A stretch of DNA of 64,000 nucleotides from Anaeramoeba ignava BMAN (GCA_028826165.1 JAPDFW010000126.1:1-64000); one strand, 5' to 3'. Positions 23,847 to 37,850 are shown, counted from the stretch's first letter. The notes: generated by a model not told the origin, from the sequence alone. Made by a program: numbers and translations.

Positions 23847-26800
23847 ATGTTTCAAAAAGAAGTTTTTGTTTATGTTTTAGAAAGAATTCCAATTAAAATT
23901 AAAATTCAACAAAATAATACAATTCAAGAAATTAAAAAATTATTAATTGATGAATTAAATACTGATATAATAAATCAAAATTTCGAGCAAAATGAAACAA
24001 AATTAATATTTCAATCAGAAATAATTCCAGATTCTCAAAATTTACAAGAAAATTTATTCTGGAAAAAAAACAATTTCTTAATTTTTATTGCCAGTAAAAT
24101 TGATGAAAAAGAATTTATCAACAAATTTTACAAGTTAATATTATCACAAAGTAGGATTTAAACAATCAATAATCTTTATAGTATTAAAATTTGTGTATTT
24201 TATTATATTTTATTATTTTATCAAGATGATGATAATCACAATCAAAATGAAGTTTTGCAACAGAAAAACCAATTCTTTGTTTTGCATAAAAATGAAATTA
24301 CTTACTTCCGTTATCTGTTGTCAATGAAAAACCAATCAATAATTGAAAAGGAATTTACACAAGATACCATAGATAAAATTAAATATCTTTTGGCTTTCTT
24401 TGAAAATTTACAAAATTTACAAATTTTATCATCAAATTGGGGTGAATTAGACACTTATAGTTGCTCTATTTCTATGCTTTTTCCAAATATTAGGAAAATT
24501 TCCCTCCAAAAAGTCAGTCTTTTAAGTATTGATGATTTGCATTCAAGAAATTTTCATAATAATTTAGAGTATATTAAAGTGATTAATTGTAATGTAAATT
24601 CTCTATCAATTATTTTTCATCCAGAATTCAGCGAAAATGTTAATTGGAAAAAACTTTCTCATATTTTATGTCCAAATAATGAAATCGAAAAAGTGGAAAA
24701 AGGAATTGTAAATGGAAAAAAAAAATCTATTCAAATTCAAATTTTTTGTAAATTAAAATCATCTTTTTTTTTTTAATAGAAAAATTTAATGGAATTGCAA
24801 TATTTGGATTTCCAAAAAAACAAATTTACAAAGTTAAATTCTTTAAAATATTTACAAAATTGTTCAAAATTATCAATTATCAATTTTGCGTTTAATTCTA
24901 TTCAAGAAATCCCGAAATTGAAAATGGATTTTCCTTCAATTAAAGAGTTATATCTGAATGACAATAACTTAACAAATTTAAAAGGAATTGAACAATTCCC
25001 ATCAATTCAAATTTTGGATATTTCAAATAATAAAATTCAGGCATTAAATGATATTAAATGCCTGAAAAAATTAAACCAAATTCATTGGATAAAAATGAAA
25101 AATAATCCACTATCATTAAAAAGAAATTATCAAATTGTTGTTGCTTCTCTTTTCCTTCACAAATATAATGTTCAAGAAATACGGATTGATGAAGAATATA
25201 TTACAAATACTTTGAAGAGAAAAGCACAAATTCATAATCTTTCTCTCAAAAACCAGAAATTGTTTTCCTCCAAATTTCGTGATTTTTCTCAATTTAATTC
25301 AATTAAAAAAAGCACAAGTCAAATTATCAAAATTCAAAATGCAAATGAAATAGAAATTACAAAGAAATCCTCTCCTTTAAAAAGGCATATTCAAAATAGT
25401 ACAGAAAATTTAACAGATGATGCTTTTTTCCAAGAAGAAATTTATTTAACAAAAAATGATCATCAAAATCCTCAACAATTTGATCAATTTTTCCAAGTTA
25501 TTATGAATAAGATTCGAGTTTTTCGTGAGAATTCTGGGAGTAAATGGTTACTTTTATGGAATAATGAAATTGAATTGATACAAAATTTAAATCGAAATCT
25601 AAATTTAAATAAAAATCAAAATCAAAATCAAAATCAAAATCAAAATCAAAATCTAAATCAAAATGAAAATGAAAATTTAAATCAAAATTTAAATCAAAAT
25701 CAAAATGAAAATCAAAATCAAAATCAAAATCAAAATCAATATGAAAATCAAAATCAAAATCAAAATCAAAATCAAAATCAAAATCAAAATCAAAATCAAA
25801 ATCAAAATCAAAATCAAAATCAAAATCAAAATCAAAATGAAAATTTAAATGAAAATGAAAATGAAAATGAAAACATTGATCCTCAATTAATTGATAATTT
25901 TATTCAAGATACAGAAGAACAACCACAAAATTTAGATTTTACATTTTTTGCAAAACTTCATGATCTTCCAACATTAAATGTTTCAAAAGATTTATTAATG
26001 AGAATTTCAAATGAAAATTTGGTGATTATTTTTTCATCAAATTCAAATATTAATGAACATAAAATTTATCCTTTATCAAAATTAATTCATTTAGAAATAA
26101 TTTGGAAAGAAAACGAAAATAATATAATTTGTTTAGATTTTCAACAAGAAAATGAGAATTTTGAAACTATAAATTTTTCAACATCTTCTGGAAATATGGA
26201 AAAAATTATACAAAAATTGGAGTTTCAAATTCAAAAAAATGAAAATGAAAATCAATATGAAAATGAAAATGAAAATGAAAATCAATATGAAAATGAAAAT
26301 GAAAATCAAAATCAAATTCAAAATGAAAATGAAAATCAATATGAAAATCAATATGAAAATGAAAATGAAAATCAAAATGAAAATAAAAATCAAAATCAAA
26401 ATCAAAATGAAAATCAAAATCAAAATGAAAATCAAAATGAAAATCAAAATCTAAATCAAAATCAAAATCAAAATCAAAATCAAAATCAAAATCATAATCA
26501 ATATCCAATTATGGATGAATTTAATTATCAATTTGAAAATCAATATGAAAATGAAAAAAATCAAAATGAAAAAATTCAAAATAAAATTCAAAATAAAATT
26601 CAAAATAAAATTCAAAATAAAAATCAAATTGTAAATGTAATTGAAAAAGAAAAAGATTCATATGATGATTTGTATGGAATGATTAAAGAAACAAACCCAG
26701 GAATTGAAGAAACTTTTGATTCAAAAAAAGAAAATAATCAAAATAATGAAGAAACTAAAGAAATACCAAAAGAAAAAACAGATACACAAATTCTAACTCC

Positions 26801-28292
26801 AAAATTAAAAGAAATACAAAAAACTCCTAAAAAATATCAATCACGTTCTGATCAAAAAAATAAAGTTGATAAAAGTGAAAATATATTAAGATCTCACAAA
26901 AAAATTTCTCGTATTCTTCACTCAAAAAGTGCACAAAAACCAAAAAGAGAAAGAGAAAGAGAAAGAGAAAGAGAAAGAGAAAGAGAAAGACAAAGACAAA
27001 GACAAAGAGAAAGACAAACTAATCCCATTTTGAAAGATCAAAATTTAAAAGCATTCCAAGCACAAAGAAGTGAATCATTAAAAATACAAAGATTAAGAAC
27101 ACCTTTTAAATCACATTCATTTCACTCGAAAAGTTATTCATTCCAGAAATTGGAAGATGTTTTTGATCAAGTTGAAAATGATTCTTTGAGATTTTCTTTA
27201 GAAGAAAAAAATGATGATTTAAATTTAAATTTAGATTTAGATTTGAATTCAAATTCAAATAAAAGAAAAAATATTGATTTAATGGATGATCAAGAAGAAA
27301 ATATTCAAGAACAAAAAAAAGAAAAATGGAGAATGATTTTGGAAGAAGACCTAGACAAGGAAATTGATAAGAATTTTGTGATGGGATTTGAACATCACTG
27401 CCAAAGTTTTGGATTAATTGGAAAGAATGAAACTCCATTAAAAATTATGCGGATTACAATTTTGAATCAAAAATCAAATTTCAAAGAAAAAAAAAGAGTT
27501 CTTTTATCAACTGAGAAAAAAATATACTTCTTTTCAGAAACAAAAAAGGAGAAGAACCTGAAGGATCTTCATAGATTAATTTTTTCAGAAGATGTCAAGA
27601 AACTTTCTCATATTTTCATTGGATATAATCAACAATATTTAATATTTATATTTGGGAAGAAAAAATTCGAAATTATATTAACAAAAAGCAGAAAGAAAAC
27701 CAATGATTTTATTGATAGTTTCATGGAGTTTATGGAGAAAATGTTGTTAACAAATGTTCAAATTATTGACGCCAAAAAACCAATGATTTCTTTATTCCAC
27801 AAAAAAATTCAAAACACAAAAGAAAATTTGAAGAAATACAATGAAATGAAGGATTCAAAATTAAATGATATTGATAAGGATAGAATCCCAAAAAAATATA
27901 TGCTTGTTGATGTAATAATTAATGGTTCCGTTTCTCATTTTTCCTTGATTTTAACTTCAAAATATCTTTATCTTTTTGAAGAAGAAAAATCAAAATGGTT
28001 CATTTGGTTAAAAGAATCCCTTCTTGATTTGAAAGAAGATGCTTTTTCTCCTTCAATAACTTTTCTTGAATGTTTTTCACTTGGAGATTTTGAAATTGTG
28101 TTAGATTCATCAAAAACTTCAATTATTACTTTAGTTCTTCAATCACAAGAGAAATCAAGAATAACAAATTCAAATAAGATTGTTTTACAAATTGAATCAC
28201 CTTCTGAAAGAATTGAATTTATAGAAAAACTAAAAGAGATTTTTACTTCTCAGTATTTTGTTGATTTAACAATAAAAGTAGATAAATATTAA
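23847..28292 (+). CDS. Ubl-like + LRR + C-terminal PH-like protein, STK11IP(LIP1)/nischarin-like; 3 exons
   Basis: Exons 23847-24150, 24226-24707, 24780-28292. Ubl-like N-terminus (TIQEIKKLL..KLIFQSEIIPD). LRRs (LQYLDFQKNKF, IKELYLNDNNL, LDISNNKI, MKNNPL). W-x-x-L before the LRRs and a FRENSGSKWL motif resembling STK11IP. C-terminal PH-like segments. Confidence 0.7.
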
Positions 28293-28363
28293 GATAAATT
28301 TTGTTGATTAAAACTTATAACAAATGAATAAATTTTTATTTTGCGATTCTTATTATTAATTTT

Positions 28364-31300
28364 TCAATTTTTATCATTTGGTTCCTTTTTCAGCGTTTCA
28401 TCAATTTTTTCCAAATTTTGATAAACAACTTCAAAAGTAGGACGAGACTCAGGTTTTTCATCCCAACAAGATTTAATCAACGCAGCTACTTGAGGAGGGC
28501 AACTATAAGGGATAGTGGGCCTCTTTCCTTGACTGAGAACAGCAATAGCGAGTTGCAACGGATTCATTTGATGGAACGGGATTTCTCTTGTTGTGATTTC
28601 CCACAGAAGAATGCCAAAACTATAAATATCCGATTTGTTTGTATAATCCTCGTTTTTCAAAATCTCGGGTGCTGTGAAAGCTGGGTTTCCCATCCCGCGA
28701 TTTGTTTTATTGGCGATAATTTTCTTTGTTTTCAAAAATCCAAAATCGGATATTTTTATCGAGTTATCATTTCCAACCAAAATATTATCCGTTTTGAGAT
28801 CATGATGAACAACGCAAGGATTGCATGAATGAAGATAATGCATTGTTTTGGCGATATCAATTGCCCATTGCAATGCTGTTGATGTTTGTATTTCGATTTT
28901 CTTGTTCTGGAGAATGTGTCTTAGCGTTTTTTTGGGAATAAATTCATTGATTATTGAAATATTTGGTGGTTCAAATGATGCTCCTAAAAATTGAACCAAT
29001 TTGGGATGTCTTAGATTACTAATTTCCATTAGGTCTTGTTTAAATTCGAAGATTTCATTTTCTTGTAAATCTTGGACAAGCAATGTTTTAATTGCTATAT
29101 CAATTCCAAGCCATTTTCCTTTATAAACAACTCCAAATTCTCCAACTCCTATCATTTCTCCTCGTATGAAATCTTTTGGTTTGATTTCCCATTTTGGGTT
29201 TTTGAGTTGATTGTTTTCTTCTATGTTTTTTGTTTTTTGGATATTATTTGAATTTTCGAGTATTTCTTGGAAGTCATTAATATTATTAGTATTTATATTA
29301 GGATTAATAATTTTTTCATCTTGATTTGAATCTTTTGAATCTTCTGAGAGATCTTTTTTTTTCAAATTTGAATTAAATTTTGAATTTTATTTAAATTTTG
29401 AATTTTGAATTTGAATTAAATTTTGAATTTTGAATTGAATTTTGAATCTGAATTAAATTTTGAATTAAATTTGAATTTGAATTGAATTTTAAATAGAATT
29501 AAATTTTGAATTTGAATTAAATTTTGAATTTGAATTAAATTTTAAATTTGAATTAAATTAAATTTGAATTAAATTTTGAATTTGAATTAAATTTTGAATT
29601 TGAATTTTGAAATGAATTGTGATTTAAATTTTGAATTAAATTTTGATTTAAATTTTGAATTTGAATTAAATTAAATTTTGAATTAAATTTTGAATTAGAA
29701 TTAAAATTTGATTTAAATTAAATTTTGAATTTGAATTAAATTAAATTTGAATCTGAATTAAATTTGGAATTTGAATTAAATTTTGAATTAGAATTAAATT
29801 TTGAATTAAATTTTGAATTTAAATTTTAAATAATTAAAATTTGAATTTGAATTAAATTCTTTCTAAAATCTACCATCTTTTCTTGCTTTATCAATCATAA
29901 ATTCAAGACCTAAAGTTGAGTGAATTGAAGCACCTGTTCCTCCAACAATAAAAAGATTTTCTTTTTGTCTTCTAATTCTAAAATAATTTGAAGATCTCCA
30001 AGAACGAGTTTCTTGTAACTTAGAAGGTTCAAACATAACATCTAAAACATAATCAGTTCCATAAACACGAACAATATTCCAAACATGACCTCCAATTTCA
30101 TCTGCTTCTTGTGGGTTTGCATAAACACCCTGATAATAAAAATATCAAAGAAGAACATAAAGAAATTTTTAATTTTAATTTTTAATTTTAATTTTAATTT
30201 TAATTTTAATTTTAATTTTAATTTTAATTTTAATTTTAATTTTAATTTTAATTTTAATTTTAATTTTAATTATAATTTTAATTTTAATTTTAATTTTAAT
30301 TTAAATTTTAATTTTAATTTTAATTATTTTAATTTTAATTTTAATTTTAATTTTAATTTTAAATTTTAATTTTAATTTTAATATTAATTTTAATTTTAAT
30401 TTTAATTTTTAATTTTTTGAATTTAAATTTTATAAATGAATTTTAATTTTTAATTTTTAATTTTAAATTTTTAATTAAAAATTTTAATTTTTATTTTAAT
30501 TTTAATTTTAATTTTAATTTTTTTTAATTTTAACAATAAAAAGATTTTTTTTTTAATTTTAATTTTAATTTAATTTGAATATTTTGATTTTAAAATGAAT
30601 TCAAAATTTAAAATTTTAATTTTAGTTTTGACTTTAATTTTAAACATGACCTCCAATTTAATTTTAATTTTAATTTTATAAATAAAAATTTCAAATTTTA
30701 ATTTTAAAAGAAATTTTAATTTTAATTTTGATTTTCAATTTTAATTTTAATTTTAAATTTTTTAAATTTTAATTTTAATTTTAATTTTAATTTTAATTTT
30801 AATTTTAATTTTTATTTGAATTTTAATTTTAATTTAAATTTTAATTTTAATTTTAAATTTTAATTTTAATTTTATAAATGAATTTTAATTTTAATTTTAA
30901 TTTTAATTTTAATTTTGATTTTAATTTTATATTAATTTTAATTTTAATTTTAATTTTTAATTTTAATTTTGATTTTAATTTTATAAATGAAATTTAATTT
31001 AATTTTGATTTTGATTTTAAATGAATTTGAATTATAATTTTTTATTTACTCGAACAACTCTTGTATAAATCATTAAATTATGATCATCTTCAACAATATT
31101 CAAAGAATCTGAAATATATTTAAACATAATTGCTCTATGACGACAAAGACCATAATTAATAAATCCAATTGGAATAATATTTGATTTAAATCTCTTTTTT
31201 AATTGTCGAATATTCAATGAATTTTCAAAAACAATATTTGGATTATGAGATCCTCCAAATAAATTAGAAACCATTAAAGATAAAAGTAAAACACGAGTTC

Positions 31301-34300
31301 TTGCATCAGGTATACTTTTTAATGTTGAAACTGTATTATTTCGAAAAGTTTCTAAAGGTTTATCCACATTAATATCAACAAGTAATATTTCTCTTGAATT
31401 AACATCAACTTCTTCCTTTTGATGTTCAGGAAAAGAAAGAAAAGATGAACTTCTTCCAGGATCATAAAATCCATCAATAATAATATCATTAAAATTAAGA
31501 ACATTTTGTTCGTAATAAAGTCTTGAAATAGCCTCTTTTAAATATTGAATTTTAAAATAATTTTAAATTTTAAATTAAATATTAAATATTAAATTAAATA
31601 TTAAATTAAATATTAAATATTAAATTAAATATTAAATTTTAAATATTAAATTAAATATTAAATATTAAATATTAAATTAAATATTAAATATTAAATATTA
31701 AATATTAAATTAAATATTAAATTAAATATTAAATATTAAATATTAAATTAAATATTAAATATTAAATTAAATTTTGAATATTAAATATTAAATTAAATAT
31801 TGAATTGAATTTTAAATTAAATATTAAATATTAAATTGAATTTTAAATTAAATATTAAATATTAAATTAAATATTAAATTAAATATTAAATATTAAATAT
31901 TAAATATTAAATTACCAGGATTTTTTGCTTCTTGATTTGTTATTGTTGGTGATATAAAATGTTGGCTATTATAATCATAAGCATTTGGAATCTGTATTCC
32001 AAAAGGAAAATTACTACGATTTTCATCAATACTATAAGTTCTTGGTCTTATATTTTGAGAAAAAGCTTTTGTTAAATGGAAATGATAAGTTTGATTATCA
32101 GGAGTTTGAATCCCATTTTGTCTAAAATTAAATTGTTTAGATTTCTTTGAATTATGCATTGAATTTGGTTTTGGAAAATGTTGTTGTTGTTGTTGTTGTT
32201 CGATAATTTTTGATTGTTGTTCAATAATTTTTGATTGCTGTTTTTCCATTATATTTGAATGTGATGGACTTGATTTTCTCACTGAAAGTTCAGTATCAAT
32301 TCCTTTAACTAATTTTTCAATATCATCTCCTATACTTAACATAAAAGTATCGTTATAAAATAAATCTCCAATTCCAAGTCCTCCAAAAACAAAAACTCTT
32401 CCATTTGCAAGTGTCATAGTATGTCCTGATCGAGGTGCTGGCCATTTTCCTTTAGCTTCTTGTTTTTCCCATTTCATTTCCCCTTTTGATTTTCAATTTT
32501 CAATTTAATTTTTTGATTTAATTTTTTGATTTTATTTTTTTGATTTTAATTTTTTGATTTAATTTTTTGATTTAATTTTTTGATTTCAATTTAATTTTTT
32601 GATTTTGATTTTAATTTTTGATTTAATTTTGATTTCAATTTAATTTTTTAATTTTCAATTCAATAAATACTTGGATCAAGACTCCACATATCATTAAAGT
32701 AATTTTCTCCTCCACTTGATCCTCCCCAAAGTAATATTCTTCCATCACCTAAACTAACCATTGTATGTCCATCTCTTGCAGCTGGAGCACGATTTCCTCT
32801 TTTTATTTGATATTTTAGATTTAATTATAAATTTTGAAATGAATTTAATTATAAATTTAATAATAAATTTAATTATAAATATAATTATAATTTTAATTAT
32901 AAATTTAGTTATAAATATAAATATAAATTTAGTTATAAATATAAATATAAATATAATTATAAATTTAATTATAAATATAATTATAAATTTAATAATAAAT
33001 TTCATTATAAATTTAATTATAAATATAATTATAAATTTAATTATAAATTTAGTTATAAATTTAATTATAAATTTAATTACAAATATAATTATAAATTTAA
33101 TTATAAATATAATTATAAATTTGATTATAAATTTAATTATAAATTTAATTATAAATTTAATTATAAATTTAATTATAAATTTAAATATAAATTTAGTTAT
33201 AAATATAATTATAAATTTAGTTATAAATTTAAATATAAATATAAATATAAGTATAATTATAAATATAATTATAAATTTAATTATAAATATAATTATAAAT
33301 TTAATTATAAATTTAATTATAAATATAATTATAAATATAATTATAAATTTAATTATAAATATAATTATAAATATAATTATAAATTTAATTATAAATTTCA
33401 TTATAAATTTCATTCAGAACAAAAATGAAAAACCTTGTTTCTGGTGAAGTCCATTCCAATGTTCCTGTATCAAAAACATGAATTGCAGAAAAATATTGAT
33501 CAAAATTATGACCACCAAATAAAAGATAACGATTTCCTCCAATATGTGTCATACTATGTTTATCTCTAGTCATTGGAATACTTCCAGAACTTTCAACTTT
33601 TTCCCAAGTAAAAGTTTCTTTTGAAACACAAAACATTTTAATTTTAATTATAAATTTTAATTTTAATTTTAATTTTAATTTTAATTTTAATTTTAATTTT
33701 AATTTTAATTTTGATTTTAATTTTAATTTTAATTTTGATTTTCATTTTAATTTTAATTTTAATTTTAATTTTAAATTTAATATTAATTTTAATTTTAATT
33801 TTGATTTTAATTTTAATTTTAATATTAATTTTAATTTTAATTTTAATTTTAATATTAATTTTAATTTTAATTTTAATTTTGATTTATAAATGAATTATAA
33901 ATGAATTTGAAATATCAACCTGTGTTTAAAATATGCATATCATTATAAAAATCAGATTCTCCTTGAGAAAAATTATAACCACCAAATAAAAGCATTTTAT
34001 TTAAAGCAAAATTAGTAAAACTATGACCATGTCTTGGTTTTGGAATTGTTCCATTTGGTGATGCTTTTATCCATTTTGATGAATCTATTTATAAAAAAAT
34101 AATTTTGTTCAATTAATTTTAAAAGAGTTTCTCTTAAAATTGATAAAAAATTTAAATTCTTTTTCTTCTTCTTTTTTTACCAAGATCAAGAACATAAATT
34201 TCATTAGAATATTCAAGAACTGATAATGATCCTCCAAAAATTAACATTTTATTTGAATTATCAATTAGATTTGCTGTATGTCCTGCTCTTGGTGAAGGTC

Positions 34301-36439
34301 CTCCAGCTCTTTTTCTTGTTTGCCATTTTAATGTTTCTTTTTTTTTAAATTTGATTTTAATTTTAATTTAATAAATGAATTTTAATTTTAAATCAATTTT
34401 AAATTAATTTTATACCAATTTTAAATCAATTTTATATAAATTTTATATCAATTTTAAATCAATTTTATATCAATTTTATATCAATTTTATATTAATTTTA
34501 TATCAATTTTAAATCAATTTTATATTAATTTTAAATCAATTTTATATCAATTTTATATTAATTTTATATCAATTTTATATCAATTTTATATCAATTTTAA
34601 ATCAATTTTATATTAATTTTAAATCAATTTTATATTAATTTTATATCAATTTTATATCAATTTTATATCAATTTTAAATCAATTTTATATCAATTTTATA
34701 TCAATTTTATATTAATTTTAAATCAATTTCAAATCAATTTTATATCAATTTTATATCAATTTTAAATCAATTTTAAATTAATTTTATATCAATTTTAAAT
34801 TAATTTTAAATAAATTTTATATCAATTTTATATCAATTTTATATTAATTTTATATCAATTTTAAATCAATTTTAAATCAATTTTATTAATTTTAAATCAA
34901 TTTTAAATCAATTTTTAAATTAAAATTTTAAATTAATTTTATATTAATTTTATATCAATTTTAAATCAATTTTATATCAATTTTATATCAATTTTAAATT
35001 TATATCAATTTTAAATCAATTTTATATTAATTTTATATCAATTTTATACCAATTTTATAATCAATTTCAAATCAATTTTATATCAATTTTATATCAATTT
35101 TAAATCAATTTTAAATCAATTTTATATCAATTTTAAATCAATTTTATATCAATTTTAAATCAATTTTATATCAATTTTAAATCAATTTTAAATCAATTTT
35201 AAATCAATTTTAAATCAATTTTATATCAATTTTAAATTAATTTTATATTAATTTTATATCAATTTTAAATCAATTTTTAAATCAATTTTATATTAATTTT
35301 AAATCAATTTAAACAATTTTTTAAATTAATTTTAAATCAATTTTATAAATTTATATTAATTTTATATCAATTTTATATTAATTTTTAAATCAATTTTAAA
35401 TTAATTTTATATCAATTTTATATCAATTTTAAATCAATTTTAAATCAATTTTATATTAATTTTAAATCAATTTTAATTAAATTTTATATTAATTTTAAAT
35501 CAATTTTAAATCAATTTTAAATCAATTTTATATTAATTTTAAATTAATTTTATATCAATTTTATATCAATTTTATATCAATTTTAAATCAATTTTAAATT
35601 AATTTTAAATTAATTTTATATTAATTTTATATCAATTTTAAATCTTATATTAATTTTATATTTTTAAATTAATTTTATATTAATTTTAAATCAATTTTAT
35701 ATAAAATTTTAAATTAATTTTTATTAATTTTAAATCAATTTTATATCAATTTTATATCAATTTTTATCAATTTTATATCAATTTTATCAATTTTATATCA
35801 ATTTTAAATCAATTTTAATTTTATATCAATTTTATATCAATTTTATATCAATTTTAAATCAATTTTAAATCAATTTTAAATCAATTTTATATCAATTTTA
35901 TATTAATTTTAAATCAATTTTATATTAATTTTAAATCAATTTTATATTAATTTTAAATCAATTTTAAATTAATTTTATATCAATTTTAAATCAATTTTAT
36001 ATCAATTTTATATCAATTTTATATCAATTTTAAATCAATTTTAAATTAATTTTAAATTAATTTTAGATCAATTTTATATCAATTTTATATCAATTTTAAA
36101 TCAATTTTATATCAATTTTATATTAATTTTAAATCAATTTTAAATCAATTTTATATCAATTTTAAATCAATTTTATATCAATTTTATATAAATTTTAAAT
36201 TAATTTTAAATCAATTTTAAATCAATTTTAAAATTTTAAATCAATTTTATAATTTCAAATCAATTTAAAGGAAATCAACCTGAATCAAGCGTATAAACTT
36301 CATTATAAAAAATTTCAGTTTCAGTTCTCAAATTCTTTGCATGACCTCCAAATATAACAAGCTTTTTATCCCAAAGAAGAGTAGAATGTGTGTGTCTTTC
36401 AGTTGGAGGTCTTCCATTTCCTTTAACTTTACTCCACAT
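28364..36439 (-). CDS. Six Kelch repeats + EDR1/CTR1-type peptidase-like domain + Raf/TKL kinase domain; 9 exons
   Basis: Exons 36439-36280, 34336-34181, 34084-33920, 33617-33434, 32798-32671, 32482-31916, 31534-31050, 30129-29874, 29352-28364, all GT-AG with matching phases. Kelch R-x-x-H..FGG six times. EDR1 motifs IIDGFYDPG, REILLVD, IPIG..GLCRHRAIMFKY, GHVWN..VLDVM. Kinase GVGEFG, IAIK, HHDLK, DFG, APE. Confidence 0.85.
34340..36278 (-). repeat. 1.9-kb intron microsatellite, 11-bp unit (atcaatttta[t/a])n
   Basis: Continuous repeat between exons 1 and 2 of the Kelch kinase gene. Confidence 0.9.
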
Positions 36440-36674
36440 TTTTAAAAAAAGAAAAAAGAAAAAAATGAAAAATAAAAAAATAAAAAAAATAAATAAAAAA
36501 GAAAAATACATATTTTTTAAAGTATATATAAATTTATATGTGATTAATAAAATGATTTAATTTTTTTTAATTTTTTCTTTTTCATTTTTCTTCTTTAATT
36601 CAATTAATAAATAAAAACTCCTTTTAATCAAAAAAATTCGAAATTAAAACAAAAAGCAAAAACGAAGAACAAAA

Positions 36675-37850
36675 ATGGAAATTCAAGTTCAAATTGGAAA
36701 GAAAAAACATAAAATTTCCGTTGATGATCTTGAAACATTGATTGGCATCATACAAACATTACCGAATGCACCAAGTAACTTCCGGCTCATGATAGGAAAG
36801 CCACTAAGAGAAACGAAGAAGTTTTCTGAGATCAAAGCAGCGAAAATCGTGGTTGTAGAAGCGAAGGCAGCGGAGAAAAAAGTGGAAGAAAAAAGCACAA
36901 CGGAAACCGACGACAGCGACACAAACAACGAAGACAGCGACAGAGAAATCGACGGTACAGATGACGACGAAATAGATAGCTATTCAGAAGACGATCTTTT
37001 CGAAGAAGATAATTCAAAAGTTCTTTCAACAACAACATACGATCCAAACGACTACGACAAAACAAAATCGTTTCTTCCGCCAGTCGAAGAGGTCGAGGCG
37101 CTCTCGTTACTAAACCCGATGCAAGCCGAGGCTATGAAATATGTGGTGGAGTTCTCTAAAAAGAAAAGCGAGCAAGAATATCCAAATGTTTTGAAAAGAG
37201 CGAAAAATTTGCACTTTAAAGAAGAAGAATTACAACGTACTCTTCTTTATATCAGAGACGAAGCCCCTATTAATGTGCACTTCGACTACGCACAGACTTT
37301 CAATGCTTTGATGAAGGATAAGCACTACCGCAACCTGTTTGAAACTGGCTACGGAAGGGGAGGAAATGATACCCATTCAAGAGTCACTTGGGAAGACCAA
37401 ATGTTCAATAAAATTTATCATGATTCAAAGCCCTTTGATCGCGTCAAATACGGTTCTCTTAATATAGTCAACGATCCCCACGGCGTCAAGTGTGTTTACA
37501 GTTACGGTGATTCTTTTTTGGTTCTTAAAAAAGTCAGACTCAGAACTACATTCACTTCCAAAGATTCGTGTACTAACCCCCAATTAGCTTGCTGTGAATA
37601 CTATTGCCATGTTCTTTCAGAGTTCTCCGACCAGGAGCTAAAGGCCGTTATGGAGGTCGCTAATAAAAAAGTCCAGTTTCATGACTCAAATGTTATGCAT
37701 ACTTTTAAGGAAACCCAAATTCATGGCCCAATTATTCTTTCTGAACATCTTGTTTCCATTGTCATGAACCCAAGATACAAACAATATGAAAAAGAGGTTG
37801 ATCGTTTTGCTCAGAAAAATAATTGCAAAGTTGTTTGGATGCCAAAATAA
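36675..37850 (+). CDS. DUF3626-like protein with a short N-terminal (possibly beta-grasp) domain and acidic linker
   Basis: Intronless 391 aa. Motifs INVHF, YRNLFETG..GG, R..WE..MF, RVKYGSLN, YGDSFLVL, RTTF..DS and ETQIHGPI match my recollection of the mainly bacterial DUF3626 family. Confidence 0.7.
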   Translation: MEIQVQIGKKKHKISVDDLETLIGIIQTLPNAPSNFRLMIGKPLRETKKFSEIKAAKIVVVEAKAAEKKVEEKSTTETDDSDTNNEDSDREIDGTDDDEIDSYSEDDLFEEDNSKVLSTTTYDPNDYDKTKSFLPPVEEVEALSLLNPMQAEAMKYVVEFSKKKSEQEYPNVLKRAKNLHFKEEELQRTLLYIRDEAPINVHFDYAQTFNALMKDKHYRNLFETGYGRGGNDTHSRVTWEDQMFNKIYHDSKPFDRVKYGSLNIVNDPHGVKCVYSYGDSFLVLKKVRLRTTFTSKDSCTNPQLACCEYYCHVLSEFSDQELKAVMEVANKKVQFHDSNVMHTFKETQIHGPIILSEHLVSIVMNPRYKQYEKEVDRFAQKNNCKVVWMPK

